32,000 nt of DNA, taken from the NCBI RefSeq assembly GCF_000172995.2, contig NC_014729.1, positions 1,140,001 to 1,172,000 of the forward strand, given 5' to 3'. A program made the translations under genes and the position numbers. Source of the stretch: Halogeometricum borinquense DSM 11551 (GTDB lineage: Archaea > Halobacteriota > Halobacteria > Halobacteriales > Haloferacaceae). Below the pieces are notes generated by a model. It saw only the letters and a program-made list of their open reading frames with translations. It searched no databases and was not told where the DNA came from. Positions 7,770 through 17,602 of the stretch are shown piece by piece; position 1 is the first letter of the stretch, and each line of letters starts with the position of its first letter.

Positions 7770-10574
7770 TCACCGGCGCGCCCACTCAAGCATCCGCGCG
7801 TAGAACGGGTCGGATTCGAGGGCGTTGGCGTCGCCGACGAGGACGAGCGACTTCTTCGCGCGAGTCAGCGCGACGTTGATGCGACGGTGGTCCTCGAAGA
7901 TAGGTCCGTCGAGCGTTCCGCTGGCGACGAACGAGACGATGACGACCTCCTTCGAGGAGCCTTGGAATCGGTCTACGGTGTCCACAGTCACGTCTGTCCG
8001 TTTTCCGATCTCAGCTACTTGCGCTCGGAACGGCGCGATAACGCCGATATCGTCGGGTTCGACGCCCGCCGCGACGAACGTCTCGACGAGTTCGGCCACG
8101 CGCTCGGCTTCTACGGGGTTGGTGTTGCCGACGCGCGACCCATTGGGGTCGATGAACGCCACCGGGTCGCGGAGCGGTTCCGGGAGCGCCGACTCGTCCA
8201 CACCGAGATCCGAGAGCCGTTGGGCGGCCACTTCACCGGTCGCGGGTCGAAGCGCGCCGTCGTAGAACTCCGCCGACGAGAACGCCTGAATCCGCTGACT
8301 CATACGGTACTGGCGGTCCAGCATCACCGACGCCTCCGGCGCGGCATCGATGAGTCGTTCGAAAAGCGACTGCTGGAGGTCGTTCTCCGCGCGGACGACT
8401 GGCGGCAGTTGTTCGTGGTCGCCGACGAGAACGAACCGGTCGGCGCGGTTGATGGCGGCGAGCGTTCCCGGTTCGGTCAACTGCGACGCCTCGTCCACGA
8501 GCGCCACGTCGAACGACTGCTCGCGCATCACGCGTGATCCACACGACGAAGTAGTCGCGGCGACGACGGGTGCATCGGTCAGTTCTGCGACCCGGTCGTT
8601 CGGGTCGCCGGTCGTCTTCAAGTGGAGATCCTGCATGTCCTCGCGGATGCCGTTCTCAGTGCCGACGCGCACCGCGTCCGCAAAGCCCTGATCGCGCAAC
8701 GCTTCGAGTGCGTTGTCCACCGCACGGTTCGTGAACGCAGAGAGGAGGACACGGTTGCCGTCAGCGACGAGTGCGCGGACGATTCGAGCGATGGTGTACG
8801 TTTTTCCCGTTCCCGGCGGTCCGTGAACGAGAGCGAAATCCTCGGCGTCCACTGCGAGTTTCACGGCTTCGTTCTGCGCGTCGTTATTATCGATATACGT
8901 CGCCTCGCTTCGCTCTGTGAACGCCGGGTCCCGGCGGCCGAACAGCACGTCCTTCCGGTCTGAATCGCCCTTCAAAAGCGCGTCGTGGACGGCGGTGAGC
9001 ATCCGCGAGACAGAGATTTCGGACGGGTATACGTCGAGTCGGCGGAGTTCGACGGGTTCGTCTGCGGTGACGACCACTCTGTCTCCAAGTTCGCGGATAC
9101 GGCAGAGTTCTGCATGGCCTCCGACGGGGTCGCCGTTGCTGGCGAGACACACGTCGCCTTCCCGGAGTTTCGATACCGCGCCGTCGGGTTTCTTCGCCGT
9201 GAGTTCCCACCGCTGCCCCTCGATTTCACGTTGGTCGAGCGGTTCGAGACCGATGAGCGCTCTGTCGTCGTCGGCCCGTTCCGCGGCGGACTGCTCCCAG
9301 AGTTTGCGGTACTCTGCGTGCGTCTCGCGCCGCTCCTCCTCGATAGCGCGGTAGATTCGGTCGAAGTACTCGCGTTCGTCTTCGGGAAGGGGCTTACCGA
9401 TCTTTCCTGCTTTCGACTCTTGGTCGAGACGCCCAGAGACCACCATGCAGGTGTCCTGTTCGAAGCAGTACTCGCAGTTGGCGTCCGCTTCGAATCCGGT
9501 CGGGACGGCGGTATCAAACTCCATCGCGGCGATTTCGTTACGCGTGCGGACGACGAACTCCAAGAGACCGTTTCCGATGGAGAACTCCTTTGCGGGCGAG
9601 AGGTCGCCGGACTCCTCGTGTCGTTCGAGAGCGGTGTTTTTCGTGTAGAGAAGCGTCCCCGTGTTGGCCGGGACGCCGCGTTCGTCGAGGACGAGAGCGT
9701 ACGCCGCGGCCTGAATCTTATCTTGGAATCGCGGGTCGCGCTTGAGGTTCTTGCCGGTCTTCAGTTCGACGGGCATCCCGCGGCGGAGCGCGTCCGCCCG
9801 GCCTTTAATCCCGAACGTCGGCGAGATGAGCGTGTACTCCGAGCGCCACTCGTCTTCCTCCGTAAGCGTTCCCTGCGCTAACCAGCCCTCGATGGCGGCC
9901 GCATTCCGCCGCACCTCGTCTTCAACCTCGGTCGCGTCGTAGCCGAGCAAGCCGAGTTGCAGGCCCGCTTCGGCGACGCGCTCCTCGATAGCGTCGTCTA
10001 AGTCGCGCCCGCGGAGGAGGTCACCGAACACTTCGTGGACGATTGTCCCCTTCACGACGGGATAGTTCAGCGGGATTCCGGACAGTTTGTTCAGATAGTA
10101 CATCCGCGGGCACTGCACCCACGAGCGAATGTCTGTCACGTCGACGAGGAAATCCGGTTCGAGGACGACGTACGACTCTTTCGCCGTCGAGTACGTCGGT
10201 TCGCCGCGATACTCCGACTCTTCGGCGTCGGTGACGAGAAGGTCCATGCCGGGTTCTGCGAGGTCTGCGGTGTGGGTCCACTTCCCCCAGAGCGTCACCC
10301 GGACGAGTGCATCGCCGTCGGCGTCAGTGGTGTCGGCCGATCCGTCGCCCACGGCGTCGATTGGTCCGTCACCCGCCGCACCGGGACGAATCGACACTTC
10401 GGCGAGCGAGCGCGTTCCGTACTGCGTCTCCACTTCGCGTTCGTCGCTCACTTCGACGATGCGGCCGCGGAGGTTCACACCGACAGGTCCGTGCCGGGGC
10501 GAAAAACGCTGTCGGTCACGGTTGTCGATCACGGACACGTTGCCGCCGACACCCTCCAGCGTCGTCTGAGTCAA
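7770..10574 (-). CDS. dna2: Dna2-like nuclease-helicase: N-terminal OB-like region, Cas4/RecB-type Fe-S PD-(D/E)XK nuclease, SF1B helicase
   Basis: 934 aa. Nuclease elements are Cys in WVQCPRMYY plus CEYCFEQDTC (a C...CX2CX5C cluster), GRADAL, VELKTGK (ExK) and QAAAYA (QxxxY). Helicase motifs are GPPGTGKT, VDEASQ, VLVGDHEQLPP, QYRM, TVDRFQGSSKEVVIVS and NVALTRAKKSLVLVG. Confidence 0.85.
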   Translation of the reverse strand: MTQTTLEGVGGNVSVIDNRDRQRFSPRHGPVGVNLRGRIVEVSDEREVETQYGTRSLAEVSIRPGAAGDGPIDAVGDGSADTTDADGDALVRVTLWGKWTHTADLAEPGMDLLVTDAEESEYRGEPTYSTAKESYVVLEPDFLVDVTDIRSWVQCPRMYYLNKLSGIPLNYPVVKGTIVHEVFGDLLRGRDLDDAIEERVAEAGLQLGLLGYDATEVEDEVRRNAAAIEGWLAQGTLTEEDEWRSEYTLISPTFGIKGRADALRRGMPVELKTGKNLKRDPRFQDKIQAAAYALVLDERGVPANTGTLLYTKNTALERHEESGDLSPAKEFSIGNGLLEFVVRTRNEIAAMEFDTAVPTGFEADANCEYCFEQDTCMVVSGRLDQESKAGKIGKPLPEDEREYFDRIYRAIEEERRETHAEYRKLWEQSAAERADDDRALIGLEPLDQREIEGQRWELTAKKPDGAVSKLREGDVCLASNGDPVGGHAELCRIRELGDRVVVTADEPVELRRLDVYPSEISVSRMLTAVHDALLKGDSDRKDVLFGRRDPAFTERSEATYIDNNDAQNEAVKLAVDAEDFALVHGPPGTGKTYTIARIVRALVADGNRVLLSAFTNRAVDNALEALRDQGFADAVRVGTENGIREDMQDLHLKTTGDPNDRVAELTDAPVVAATTSSCGSRVMREQSFDVALVDEASQLTEPGTLAAINRADRFVLVGDHEQLPPVVRAENDLQQSLFERLIDAAPEASVMLDRQYRMSQRIQAFSSAEFYDGALRPATGEVAAQRLSDLGVDESALPEPLRDPVAFIDPNGSRVGNTNPVEAERVAELVETFVAAGVEPDDIGVIAPFRAQVAEIGKRTDVTVDTVDRFQGSSKEVVIVSFVASGTLDGPIFEDHRRINVALTRAKKSLVLVGDANALESDPFYARMLEWARR

Positions 10575-10657
10575 CTGCCTCGGGGTATCCGCCTTGAATT
10601 TTCGATGAATCTGCCAAAATCGGCACGCTCATCCGACACGACGTGGTACGGTTACGT

Positions 10658-11212
10658 ATGCGCGTCAGGGATTGGAAAGACATCCTCTCGGACGTTACGG
10701 ACGCCGGTGTGGACCCAGATGGGTGGCGTGCCGTTGCTGGCCACCGTGAGGACGGACTCGGTGAAGAACTCTTCTTGGGGCATCCGGACGCCGGCGTCTA
10801 CGAACTGAAAACGTACGCGAAGAACCCGATGGAAGTTCGCGGCGTGGGTTCGCGCGTCGCGCGCCGTATCGACGACGACATCGAACCGCTCCTCCCACGT
10901 CGCGGCGACGACGGCGGCCGCTTTGCGGTCCAGTCGCCCCCGGAGGACGAAGACCACGCTGAATCGATGGCGAAACGGCTCGAAGAAACGGTGAAAGTAC
11001 ACGCCGAAGCGCCGACAACGCCCGAGGACCTATTTACCGACATGATGGACGCTATCGACAGTCCGGCGTTCGGACCGATGGAGTACGAGTTCGACGGCCG
11101 TCCGGACCGTCTAGACGACTTGACCGACGAGTTCTCTGATGCGGACGAACTGTTGACAGAGGATCTAGACGACCTCATCGAAGACGACGGCGTCGGTCGC
11201 GGCTTCCAGTAA
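10658..11212 (+). CDS. Conserved-looking acidic hypothetical protein
   Basis: ATG at 10658 (MRVRDWKDIL...); the track's GTG at 10643 is also possible. Composition is halophile-like and acidic, with a very acidic C-terminal tail. No motif recognised. Confidence 0.55.
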   Translation: MRVRDWKDILSDVTDAGVDPDGWRAVAGHREDGLGEELFLGHPDAGVYELKTYAKNPMEVRGVGSRVARRIDDDIEPLLPRRGDDGGRFAVQSPPEDEDHAESMAKRLEETVKVHAEAPTTPEDLFTDMMDAIDSPAFGPMEYEFDGRPDRLDDLTDEFSDADELLTEDLDDLIEDDGVGRGFQ

Positions 11213-11283
11213 CCTGACGGACCGAACTCGACTTCCGTTCGTTGAATAACCTTTTTCCCGTTCGGTTCGGTCGATAGGCTATA

Positions 11284-12576
11284 GTGCCCCCGACGGAACT
11301 CTCAGAAACCCTACGAGAGTACACCGTACCGCTCGAAACGACAGATCCGAGCACCCCACCGAGTAAACACATCCCCGAGAAGGTGTTCGGCAACGCCATG
11401 CTCGTCGGTCTGGGCGAGGCCACCCACGGAACCCGAGAGTTCGTCCGTCTCAAACACCGACTCATCCGTCATCTTGTCGAGCGACGGGGATTCCGAACGC
11501 TCGCCATCGAGGCTGGACTCACCGCGACGTTGGCGGCCGACGACTACGTCTTCGAGGGCCGAGGGACGACCGAGACGGCGCTCCGTGAACTGGACAAGTG
11601 GCAGTGGCAGTCCGCTGCCGTCGGCGAACTCCTCCAGTGGCTCCGTTCGTTCAACGAGGGGCGGTCGCCAGACGATAGGGTCAGAATCCGCGGAATTGAC
11701 CTCAACGACCCATCGAAACCAGCGGATCGACTGCAGTCGTCTTTTGAGAGACTCGACCTACCCTGGGTCGGCGCAGACGATATGGCGGCGATAGCTGCGC
11801 TGGCTGATTCACCCACCGGACCTGTCGGAGAGAAACGACGCGAGGCGGCTGTCAACGCCGTCCGAGCAGTGCAAGACGGACTCAGCGACGGTCACGCGGT
11901 TGACTCGACGGGCGAACGGGAACAAGAGCGGGAACGAACGCGAGAACGAGAGCAAGAGCGAGTGAGACACCTCTGCCGAGCAGTCGAACAGGCGTGTGAG
12001 TGGGCTCCGGTGCGTCATGCACACGACGGACCACATCCTGAAGGGATGGCAGTCCGCGACAGTCTCATGGCTCGGAACGCCGAACGAGCGCTCGAACTGG
12101 ACCACGGCGAGGGCATCATCGCATGGGCACACGACGGCCACGTTCAGCGTGGCACGTTCGATGACGGCAGTCTGTGGGCCGACGTTGAGACGATGGGTGA
12201 ACACCTGACAGCGGCGCTCGGGAGCGACTACCGGCCGGTCGGGTTCGACTTCGCCCGCGGATCAGTTTGTGCGCTTCCTTCGGGCGGAACGGCGGGCGAC
12301 GGTCCGCGAGCGTTCTCCATCGACGACCCGCCAGAGGAGAGTGCGACGGCGTCGTTAGATACGCTCGACTGCGCTCCGTACCTCCTCCGCGTCGCCGCTG
12401 CAAGCGACTCGTCTCGACTTGAATCGCTTCTCGACCGACCGCAGCGACTCCGATACGTCGGATCGGTGTACGACTCCGAGACACCGCAGGAGGCGTTTCG
12501 AGAGACGGTGCTGTCGGAGTCGTTCGACGAACTGGTGTTCGTCCCCGAATCGACACCGGTTCGCCTGCTCGACTGA
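11284..12576 (+). CDS. Erythromycin-esterase (EreA/ChaN-like) family protein
   Basis: 430 aa with a GTG start. LVGLGEATHGTREF...LVERRGFRTLAIEA is the characteristic N-terminal family block, followed later by AWAHDGHV. Contains a Glu/Arg-rich low-complexity insert. Confidence 0.75.
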   Translation: MPPTELSETLREYTVPLETTDPSTPPSKHIPEKVFGNAMLVGLGEATHGTREFVRLKHRLIRHLVERRGFRTLAIEAGLTATLAADDYVFEGRGTTETALRELDKWQWQSAAVGELLQWLRSFNEGRSPDDRVRIRGIDLNDPSKPADRLQSSFERLDLPWVGADDMAAIAALADSPTGPVGEKRREAAVNAVRAVQDGLSDGHAVDSTGEREQERERTREREQERVRHLCRAVEQACEWAPVRHAHDGPHPEGMAVRDSLMARNAERALELDHGEGIIAWAHDGHVQRGTFDDGSLWADVETMGEHLTAALGSDYRPVGFDFARGSVCALPSGGTAGDGPRAFSIDDPPEESATASLDTLDCAPYLLRVAAASDSSRLESLLDRPQRLRYVGSVYDSETPQEAFRETVLSESFDELVFVPESTPVRLLD

Positions 12577-12642
12577 CTGGCGCTCGGCCTCACCGCCTGC
12601 GACAACCATGTTTTCAAATCCCCTCATGCCGACGTGACTGGT

Positions 12643-13059
12643 ATGAGCGCACGGGCAACAGTCGAGGACTACTACGAGGCTCTCCGGCGAGGAGAACCGT
12701 TGTACCCCTACTTCGCGGAGGAGGCCGACGCGGTGAAGTTCGGAGTGGGCGAGACGCTCGTCGGCTACGACGACATCGCGGAGGGCCTGCGCGAGCAGAC
12801 ACGAACGACGACAGACTGGACCGTCGAGAGCGACGCGCTGCGCGTCGTCGAACGTGAATCACACGCCGCGTTCTCTGACTCAGTTCGAATGGCGTGGACA
12901 GATACCGAGCAAGATATCGAGTACGACTTCGACACGCGGTGGAGCGGAACGCTCGAACGTCGGCCGACAGACGACGATCCGAACAGGGACGAGACGACCG
13001 ACGAATGGGTTTTCGTCGGGATGCACGTCAGCGTCGCACACACAACGGAGGAGCAGTGA
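12643..13059 (+). CDS. NTF2/SnoaL-like small protein
   Basis: ATG at 12643 (GTG at 12634 possible). ATVEDYYEALRRGEPLYPYFAE... has an NTF2-fold-like N-terminal helix pattern and acidic composition. Confidence 0.6.
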   Translation: MSARATVEDYYEALRRGEPLYPYFAEEADAVKFGVGETLVGYDDIAEGLREQTRTTTDWTVESDALRVVERESHAAFSDSVRMAWTDTEQDIEYDFDTRWSGTLERRPTDDDPNRDETTDEWVFVGMHVSVAHTTEEQ

Positions 13060-13295
13060 TGGTCGGACCGAGTCTATCTGGCGAGGAGCGAACGGCCGCC
13101 AGCATGCGACTCAAAATCGGGTTCGTCCTCCTCGTTGCTGCCTCGGGCGCACTCGTCGCGTTGCAGGCCGGGGGAGAACCCGTCTATATCGCCGGCGGAT
13201 TCGTCGGCGGGCTACTTCTCGGCATTATTCTCACGTATCTCCTCGTGCATTGGTGGTCGGATTTCGTGGCGACGACGAACCGCGGCCGTCGCTGA
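13059..13295 (+). CDS. Small (78 aa) two-helix membrane protein, translationally coupled to the upstream gene
   Basis: The ATG at 13059 overlaps the upstream TGA (tgATG). MRLKIGFVLLVAASGALVAL and IAGGFVGGLLLGIILTYLLV are hydrophobic helices. Confidence 0.5.
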   Translation: MVGPSLSGEERTAASMRLKIGFVLLVAASGALVALQAGGEPVYIAGGFVGGLLLGIILTYLLVHWWSDFVATTNRGRR

Positions 13296-13310
13296 GTCGC
13301 CGCTGACGGA

Positions 13311-14291
13311 CTACAGCCGCGACTCCGGATCCACCCGCGCAATCCACTTCCACGGATTTTTGATCTCCTCGTCGGTCGGCAGATGCTCCGGGTTCTCCCA
13401 AACGACGGACGCGGCGGCGACGCCGCGTTCGTCAGCCACCGTCTCGAAGAACTTCGCACCACGTTCGTACTGGCGACGCTTCACGCCGAGACCGAGGAGT
13501 CGCCGGGCGAGACGTGCGATGGGGCCGCCGCCGCTTCGTCGGGCGTCGAGCTTCTCGCGGAGGTCCGCATACTCCGCGTCAAACGCTCGATCCATGAGGA
13601 GTTCGGCGTATCCTTCGACGGCTGTCATCGCCGTATCGAGGTCTGAGAACGCCCGCCGGTCGAACTCGCCGTGAGCAAGGGAGTTCAATCCATCCTGCAT
13701 CCTCGTTTCGAGGTGGCCCGAAAGCCACGGCGCGGCACCGAACTCGGCGGCGTGGGCGACTTCGTGGAAGGCAATCCATCGACGGAAACGGGGGAAGTCA
13801 ACGTCCAGTGACTCCGCGACTGCAACGATGTTCGGGTGAACGAAGTAGAGACCGTGGTCCGCATCTCCCTCTGCGAGGAGAAGCGGGTCGTACTGCCCGA
13901 GGACGTTCTTGCCGAGGAACGATAGCATGAACGCCATCGTCCCAGTGTTGACGACGCGCGTGACGCCCGGGAGAGGGACGCGCCCGCGCTCCTCGATAGG
14001 ACGCATGACGCGTTTGAACGTCCGAATGTTCGCGTCAATCCAGTGGTGACGGTTCTGTACTTCGACAACCTCGGGGAGATCGAACTCCACGTCGCCCACC
14101 GACTGGAGGCGTTGGCGGGCGTCGCGTACGTCCGTTGCGTACCCCTCGCGGTCCTCTGTGGAGAGCGTGAGATCACCGGGGTCGGTCACGTTCTTCGCGG
14201 CGTCGGCGACTGCGGCCCAGTCAATCGCACCGGTGCCTTCGCCGTCGCCCGAAGCGGTCGCAACCGCGTGGACGCTACGGAAGATATCCAT
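13311..14291 (-). CDS. Zinc-dependent metalloprotease, DUF2342 family
   Basis: 326 aa with an HExxH motif (AFHEVAHAAEF). The overall pattern resembles DUF2342/TIGR03624-type putative hydrolases. Confidence 0.7.
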   Translation of the reverse strand: MDIFRSVHAVATASGDGEGTGAIDWAAVADAAKNVTDPGDLTLSTEDREGYATDVRDARQRLQSVGDVEFDLPEVVEVQNRHHWIDANIRTFKRVMRPIEERGRVPLPGVTRVVNTGTMAFMLSFLGKNVLGQYDPLLLAEGDADHGLYFVHPNIVAVAESLDVDFPRFRRWIAFHEVAHAAEFGAAPWLSGHLETRMQDGLNSLAHGEFDRRAFSDLDTAMTAVEGYAELLMDRAFDAEYADLREKLDARRSGGGPIARLARRLLGLGVKRRQYERGAKFFETVADERGVAAASVVWENPEHLPTDEEIKNPWKWIARVDPESRL

Positions 14292-14433
14292 ACGTCGTCT
14301 GGGGGGCGCGCGGACAAAACGCTTGTTCCGATACCCGTATCAATCACCTGCTGTCCACAGGTCAGTCTCGCGCCGCCGTCAGCTGATTTAACGCCGAGTC
14401 GCAGGGTGTAACCGGGTGCTGACGGCACGGCCG

Positions 14434-14440
14434 TTTATAC
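14434..14440 (+). promoter_or_regulatory. TATA-like box (TTTATAC) for a probably leaderless transcript of the VOC gene
   Basis: Centred about 26 nt upstream of the ATG at 14463. This is typical haloarchaeal leaderless geometry (established knowledge), with no experimental support. Confidence 0.4.
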
Positions 14441-14462
14441 CTGTCCGGGCCGATTGCCCTCC

Positions 14463-15338
14463 ATGCTCACGATAGATCATGTTGCTTTCGGAGGCAGCGA
14501 GTTGGATCACCTGCGCACAGCCGCGGCGGATGTCGGTCTCCCCTCGGAGTACGGCGGACCGCACGGCAACGGCACGACGCATATGGCCGTCGTCGGCCTC
14601 CCGGACGGCTCGTACATCGAATTCATCGCGCCGACGGAGGACACCTCCCCCGACGATGCCGACTTCTGGTCCGCGCATCTCGCGGCGGACGCCGGTCCGG
14701 CGGGATGGTGCATCGAAGTCTCGAACGTCGCCGCATCCGCGAAGACAGCTATCGATAGCGGAGTTCGCGTTGACGGCCCGCACGAGGCCAGTCGCGTCAG
14801 CCCCGACGGCACGCGCATCGAGTGGGACATGTGTTTCGAGGGACCCACTGATGACGGACGCCTCCCGTTCGTCATCGCTGACCGCACACCACGGTCGTAT
14901 CGTACGACGCCAAATCTGGATCTCGTTGACTCGCCGCTCGTGGGAACCGCACTGGTCGTCCTCGCCGTCGAAAAGACAGACCGAACGGCCTCGCTTTTAA
15001 CCCGCCGCCATCGCCTTCCAACACCGATTGCGGCAGATGGACCCTTCGACCGGTTCAGTATCTGCCCCGGCGCACCTGTTGCCTACGCCGAGACGGGTGA
15101 CGGCGAAAATCAAAGCAGTACGGCCCAGATGCAGGCTGGTACTGACGATATCGCTAGTCGCGTGGATTCTCTCGGTGAAGGCCCGTGCGCGTACTTCCTC
15201 GCCGCAGACGATTTCGAGGCGGCGACAGAACAGTTCTCGCTGACCGACGTGCAGTCGTTCGGTCCCGACGGTGACCGCCGTGCGGCGTGGTTCGACCACG
15301 GGGTGTTTCGTGGCCGACTCGGCGTCGTCGAGTTGTAG
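14463..15338 (+). CDS. Glyoxalase-like/VOC-family protein
   Basis: MLTIDHVAFGGSELDHL...THMAVVGLPDGSYIEFIAP matches the glyoxalase-like domain pattern. The track's TTG at 14454 is a less likely start. Confidence 0.65.
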   Translation: MLTIDHVAFGGSELDHLRTAAADVGLPSEYGGPHGNGTTHMAVVGLPDGSYIEFIAPTEDTSPDDADFWSAHLAADAGPAGWCIEVSNVAASAKTAIDSGVRVDGPHEASRVSPDGTRIEWDMCFEGPTDDGRLPFVIADRTPRSYRTTPNLDLVDSPLVGTALVVLAVEKTDRTASLLTRRHRLPTPIAADGPFDRFSICPGAPVAYAETGDGENQSSTAQMQAGTDDIASRVDSLGEGPCAYFLAADDFEAATEQFSLTDVQSFGPDGDRRAAWFDHGVFRGRLGVVEL

Positions 15339-15383
15339 CCACTCGTCAGTGAGTACGGCGTCGTCGCCACTCGCGGCGACAGC

Positions 15384-15399
15384 GAGAAAGGAAAATCGC
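15384..15399 (-). terminator. T-rich tract (GATTTTCCTTTCTC on minus strand) about 15 nt after the rps2 stop
   Basis: Oligo-T tracts are archaeal termination signals. An adjacent 6-bp hairpin lies at 15363-15380 (gtcgcc-actcgc-ggcgac). Function is inferred only. Confidence 0.25.
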
Positions 15400-15414
15400 G
15401 TCGTCTCTCGAAAG

Positions 15415-16221
15415 TTAGACTTCGGCTTCGAAGTCTTCGAGCGCGTACACCTGGTCGGTTCCGCGGCGGTCGAGCGTCTCGTTGGCGAGCAGCCAGTAGA
15501 CGACCGACAGTGCGCGACGACCCTTGTTGTTCGTCGGCACGACGAGGTCCACGTTCGAGGTCTGGTTGTTCGAGTCGCACATGGCGATGACCGGGATGCC
15601 GACCGTGATGGCCTCCTTGACGGCTTGGGAGTCGCCGATGGGGTCGGTGACGACGACCACGTCAGGTTCGATGTAGCCCGCGTAGTCGGGGTTCGTCAGC
15701 GTACCGGGGATGAAGCGGCCCGTTCGGGCGCGCGCGCCAACTGCGTCGGCGAACTTCTTGGCCGGGAATCGACCGTACTGGCGCGAACTCGTGACCAGAA
15801 TCTGCTCTGGGTCGTAGCCCGCGAGGAAGTCCGCGGCGGTGCGGATGCGCGAGTCCGTCTGGCTCACGTCGAGAACGTACAGACCGTCGTCACGGACGCG
15901 GTGGATGAACCGCTCCATGTCGTTGGTCTTCTGCTGGGTCCCGATGTGGACACCAGCACCGAGGTAGTCCTCGACGGGAATGAGGAGGTCGGCCTCCTCG
16001 TCCGGCATGACGTCCTCGTCGAACGTTGGTTCTTCTTCGGCTGCTTCGGCGTCGGCCTCGTCCTCCGCCGCCTCTTCGTCGGCGGCGTCGGCGGTAGTGG
16101 CCTCGGCGACTTCTTCTTCCGTCGTCTCGGCCGCCGCCGTCTCGGAGTCGTCGCTGGCCGCTTCGGCCTCCGCGACATCGTCGTCGACGACTTCGACCGC
16201 TTCGTTGTCGTTGTCTGTCAT
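15415..16221 (-). CDS. rps2: 30S ribosomal protein S2 (uS2) with acidic N-terminal extension
   Basis: [10 protein letters not shown]...[16 protein letters not shown]...VVVVTDP core. ATGA overlap with the enolase stop. Confidence 0.95.
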   Translation of the reverse strand: MTDNDNEAVEVVDDDVAEAEAASDDSETAAAETTEEEVAEATTADAADEEAAEDEADAEAAEEEPTFDEDVMPDEEADLLIPVEDYLGAGVHIGTQQKTNDMERFIHRVRDDGLYVLDVSQTDSRIRTAADFLAGYDPEQILVTSSRQYGRFPAKKFADAVGARARTGRFIPGTLTNPDYAGYIEPDVVVVTDPIGDSQAVKEAITVGIPVIAMCDSNNQTSNVDLVVPTNNKGRRALSVVYWLLANETLDRRGTDQVYALEDFEAEV

Positions 16222-17423
16222 ACTGCGTCGTCCGCGATGCGGATGAGTTCGTTGAGTTTAGCGGTTCGCTCGCCTTGGACCGTTCCCGTCTTGATGAAGG
16301 CGGCGTCGGTTGCGACGGCGAGGTGTGCGATGGTCGTGTCCTCCGTCTCACCCGAACGGTGGGAGATAACGGCGTCGTACCCGTTTCGGACGGCGAGTTC
16401 GACGGCGTCGAACGCGTCCGAAAGCGTTCCGATCTGGTTCGGCTTGATGAGGATCGAGTTCCCGGCACCGGCGTCGATGCCGTCCTGCAGGCGTTCGACG
16501 TTAGTAACGAACAGGTCGTCGCCGCAGATAAGCGTCTGGTCGCCCACACGCTCGGTCAGGTCTGCGAAGCCCTCGTAGTCGTCCTCGTCGAGGGGATCCT
16601 CGACGTAAACGAGGTCGTACTCCTCGACCATCTCGGCGACGTAGTCCACCTGTTCGTCGGTGGACTTCACTTCGTCACCGTAGACGTACCCGTCCTCGTC
16701 GTCATCGTAGAGTTCCGCGGCGGCCATATCGAGCCCGAAGCGGACCTCGAAGCCGAGTTCGTCTTCGACGTCGGAGACGGCTTCGTCTACGACCTCGAAC
16801 GCTTCCGCGTCCGAGATGGGCGGTGCCCATGCACCCTCGTCGCCCTTTGCGGCGGGGGTGTCGCGTTCGTCGAGAATCTCCGAAACGCGTGCGTGAACTG
16901 CGGCGTTGGCGAAGACGGCCTCGGAGACGCTCGGCGCGCCGACTGGCGCGGCGAGGAACTCCTGAATGTGCGTGGCCTCTTTCGCGTGTTCGCCGCCGCC
17001 GACGACGTTACCGAGCGGAACCGGGAAGTTCTCGCCGCGGAACGCGCCGCCGAGGTGCTGGTACAGGGGTGCACCGAGCACGTCGGCACCGGCTTTCGCA
17101 GCCGCCATCGAGATGGCGACCGCGCTGTTGGCACCGATTTCGGAGAAGTTGTCCGTTCCGTCTGCGGCACGAAGTGCGCCATCGACTTCGCGCTGATTCC
17201 CGGCATGAACCTCTTCGATGAGGCGCGGGACAGCGTGACGCCGTGCGGCCGCGATGGCCTCTGACGGCGGCAGTTCGATGGCTTCGTACTCGCCGGTACT
17301 CGCACCGCTGGGTGCAGCCGCGCGGCCGAACCCACCGGATTGGGTGAGTACGTCCGCCTCGACGGTCGGGTTACCGCGCGAGTCGAGGACGCGCCGGAGT
17401 CGAACGTCGGTGATGAGTGTCAT
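16218..17423 (-). CDS. eno: Enolase (phosphopyruvate hydratase)
   Basis: [25 protein letters not shown]...[17 protein letters not shown], full-length enolase signatures. ATG at 17423 is preferred over the track's GTG at 17429. Confidence 0.95.
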   Translation of the reverse strand: MTLITDVRLRRVLDSRGNPTVEADVLTQSGGFGRAAAPSGASTGEYEAIELPPSEAIAAARRHAVPRLIEEVHAGNQREVDGALRAADGTDNFSEIGANSAVAISMAAAKAGADVLGAPLYQHLGGAFRGENFPVPLGNVVGGGEHAKEATHIQEFLAAPVGAPSVSEAVFANAAVHARVSEILDERDTPAAKGDEGAWAPPISDAEAFEVVDEAVSDVEDELGFEVRFGLDMAAAELYDDDEDGYVYGDEVKSTDEQVDYVAEMVEEYDLVYVEDPLDEDDYEGFADLTERVGDQTLICGDDLFVTNVERLQDGIDAGAGNSILIKPNQIGTLSDAFDAVELAVRNGYDAVISHRSGETEDTTIAHLAVATDAAFIKTGTVQGERTAKLNELIRIADDAV

Positions 17424-17425
17424 TT

Positions 17426-17602
17426 TCACTTACCCTCTCGTTGGACTGTGAACGGCAACACACCGGCGTCGTACTCCTCGGCCGCAATGAGGATTGGCTC
17501 ACTCTGGTCCGTATCAAGGAGGACCGGCGCGCCGTACGACACCTGCAGCGCTCGCGCGCCGAGGATGCGTGCCTTCTCGTATCGGTTGTAGCGCTGTTGC
17601 AT
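17426..17602 (-). CDS. rpoK: DNA-directed RNA polymerase subunit K (Rpo6)
   Basis: Not in the ORF track (58 aa). Hand translation gives [58 protein letters not shown], the Rpo6/RpoK core (RYE.ARI.G.RA.Q...GAP). TAATG overlap with rpoN. Confidence 0.85.
   Translation of the reverse strand: MQQRYNRYEKARILGARALQVSYGAPVLLDTDQSEPILIAAEEYDAGVLPFTVQREGK

Noticed and set aside
15997-16221. ~75-residue Asp/Glu/Ala-rich N-terminal tail of ribosomal protein S2, and the acidic loop in the DASS permease (about 6040-6180)
   Set aside because: Acidic low-complexity extensions are a normal halophilic adaptation. They are not evidence of a fusion or a novel domain.
15271-16578. 435-aa plus-strand ORF antisense to rps2 and eno. 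Similar long antisense or alternative-frame ORFs occur at 16275-17264, 19502-20497, 18159-19031, 7635-8537, 8985-9881, 10035-10808 and 6522-7358.
   Set aside because: They lie opposite or out of frame to genes with unmistakable homology (ribosomal proteins, enolase, RpoD, Dna2, DASS permease). Their translations are Arg/Val/Gly/Ser-rich and non-acidic, which is the usual stop-codon-poor shadow-ORF pattern in GC-rich genomes.
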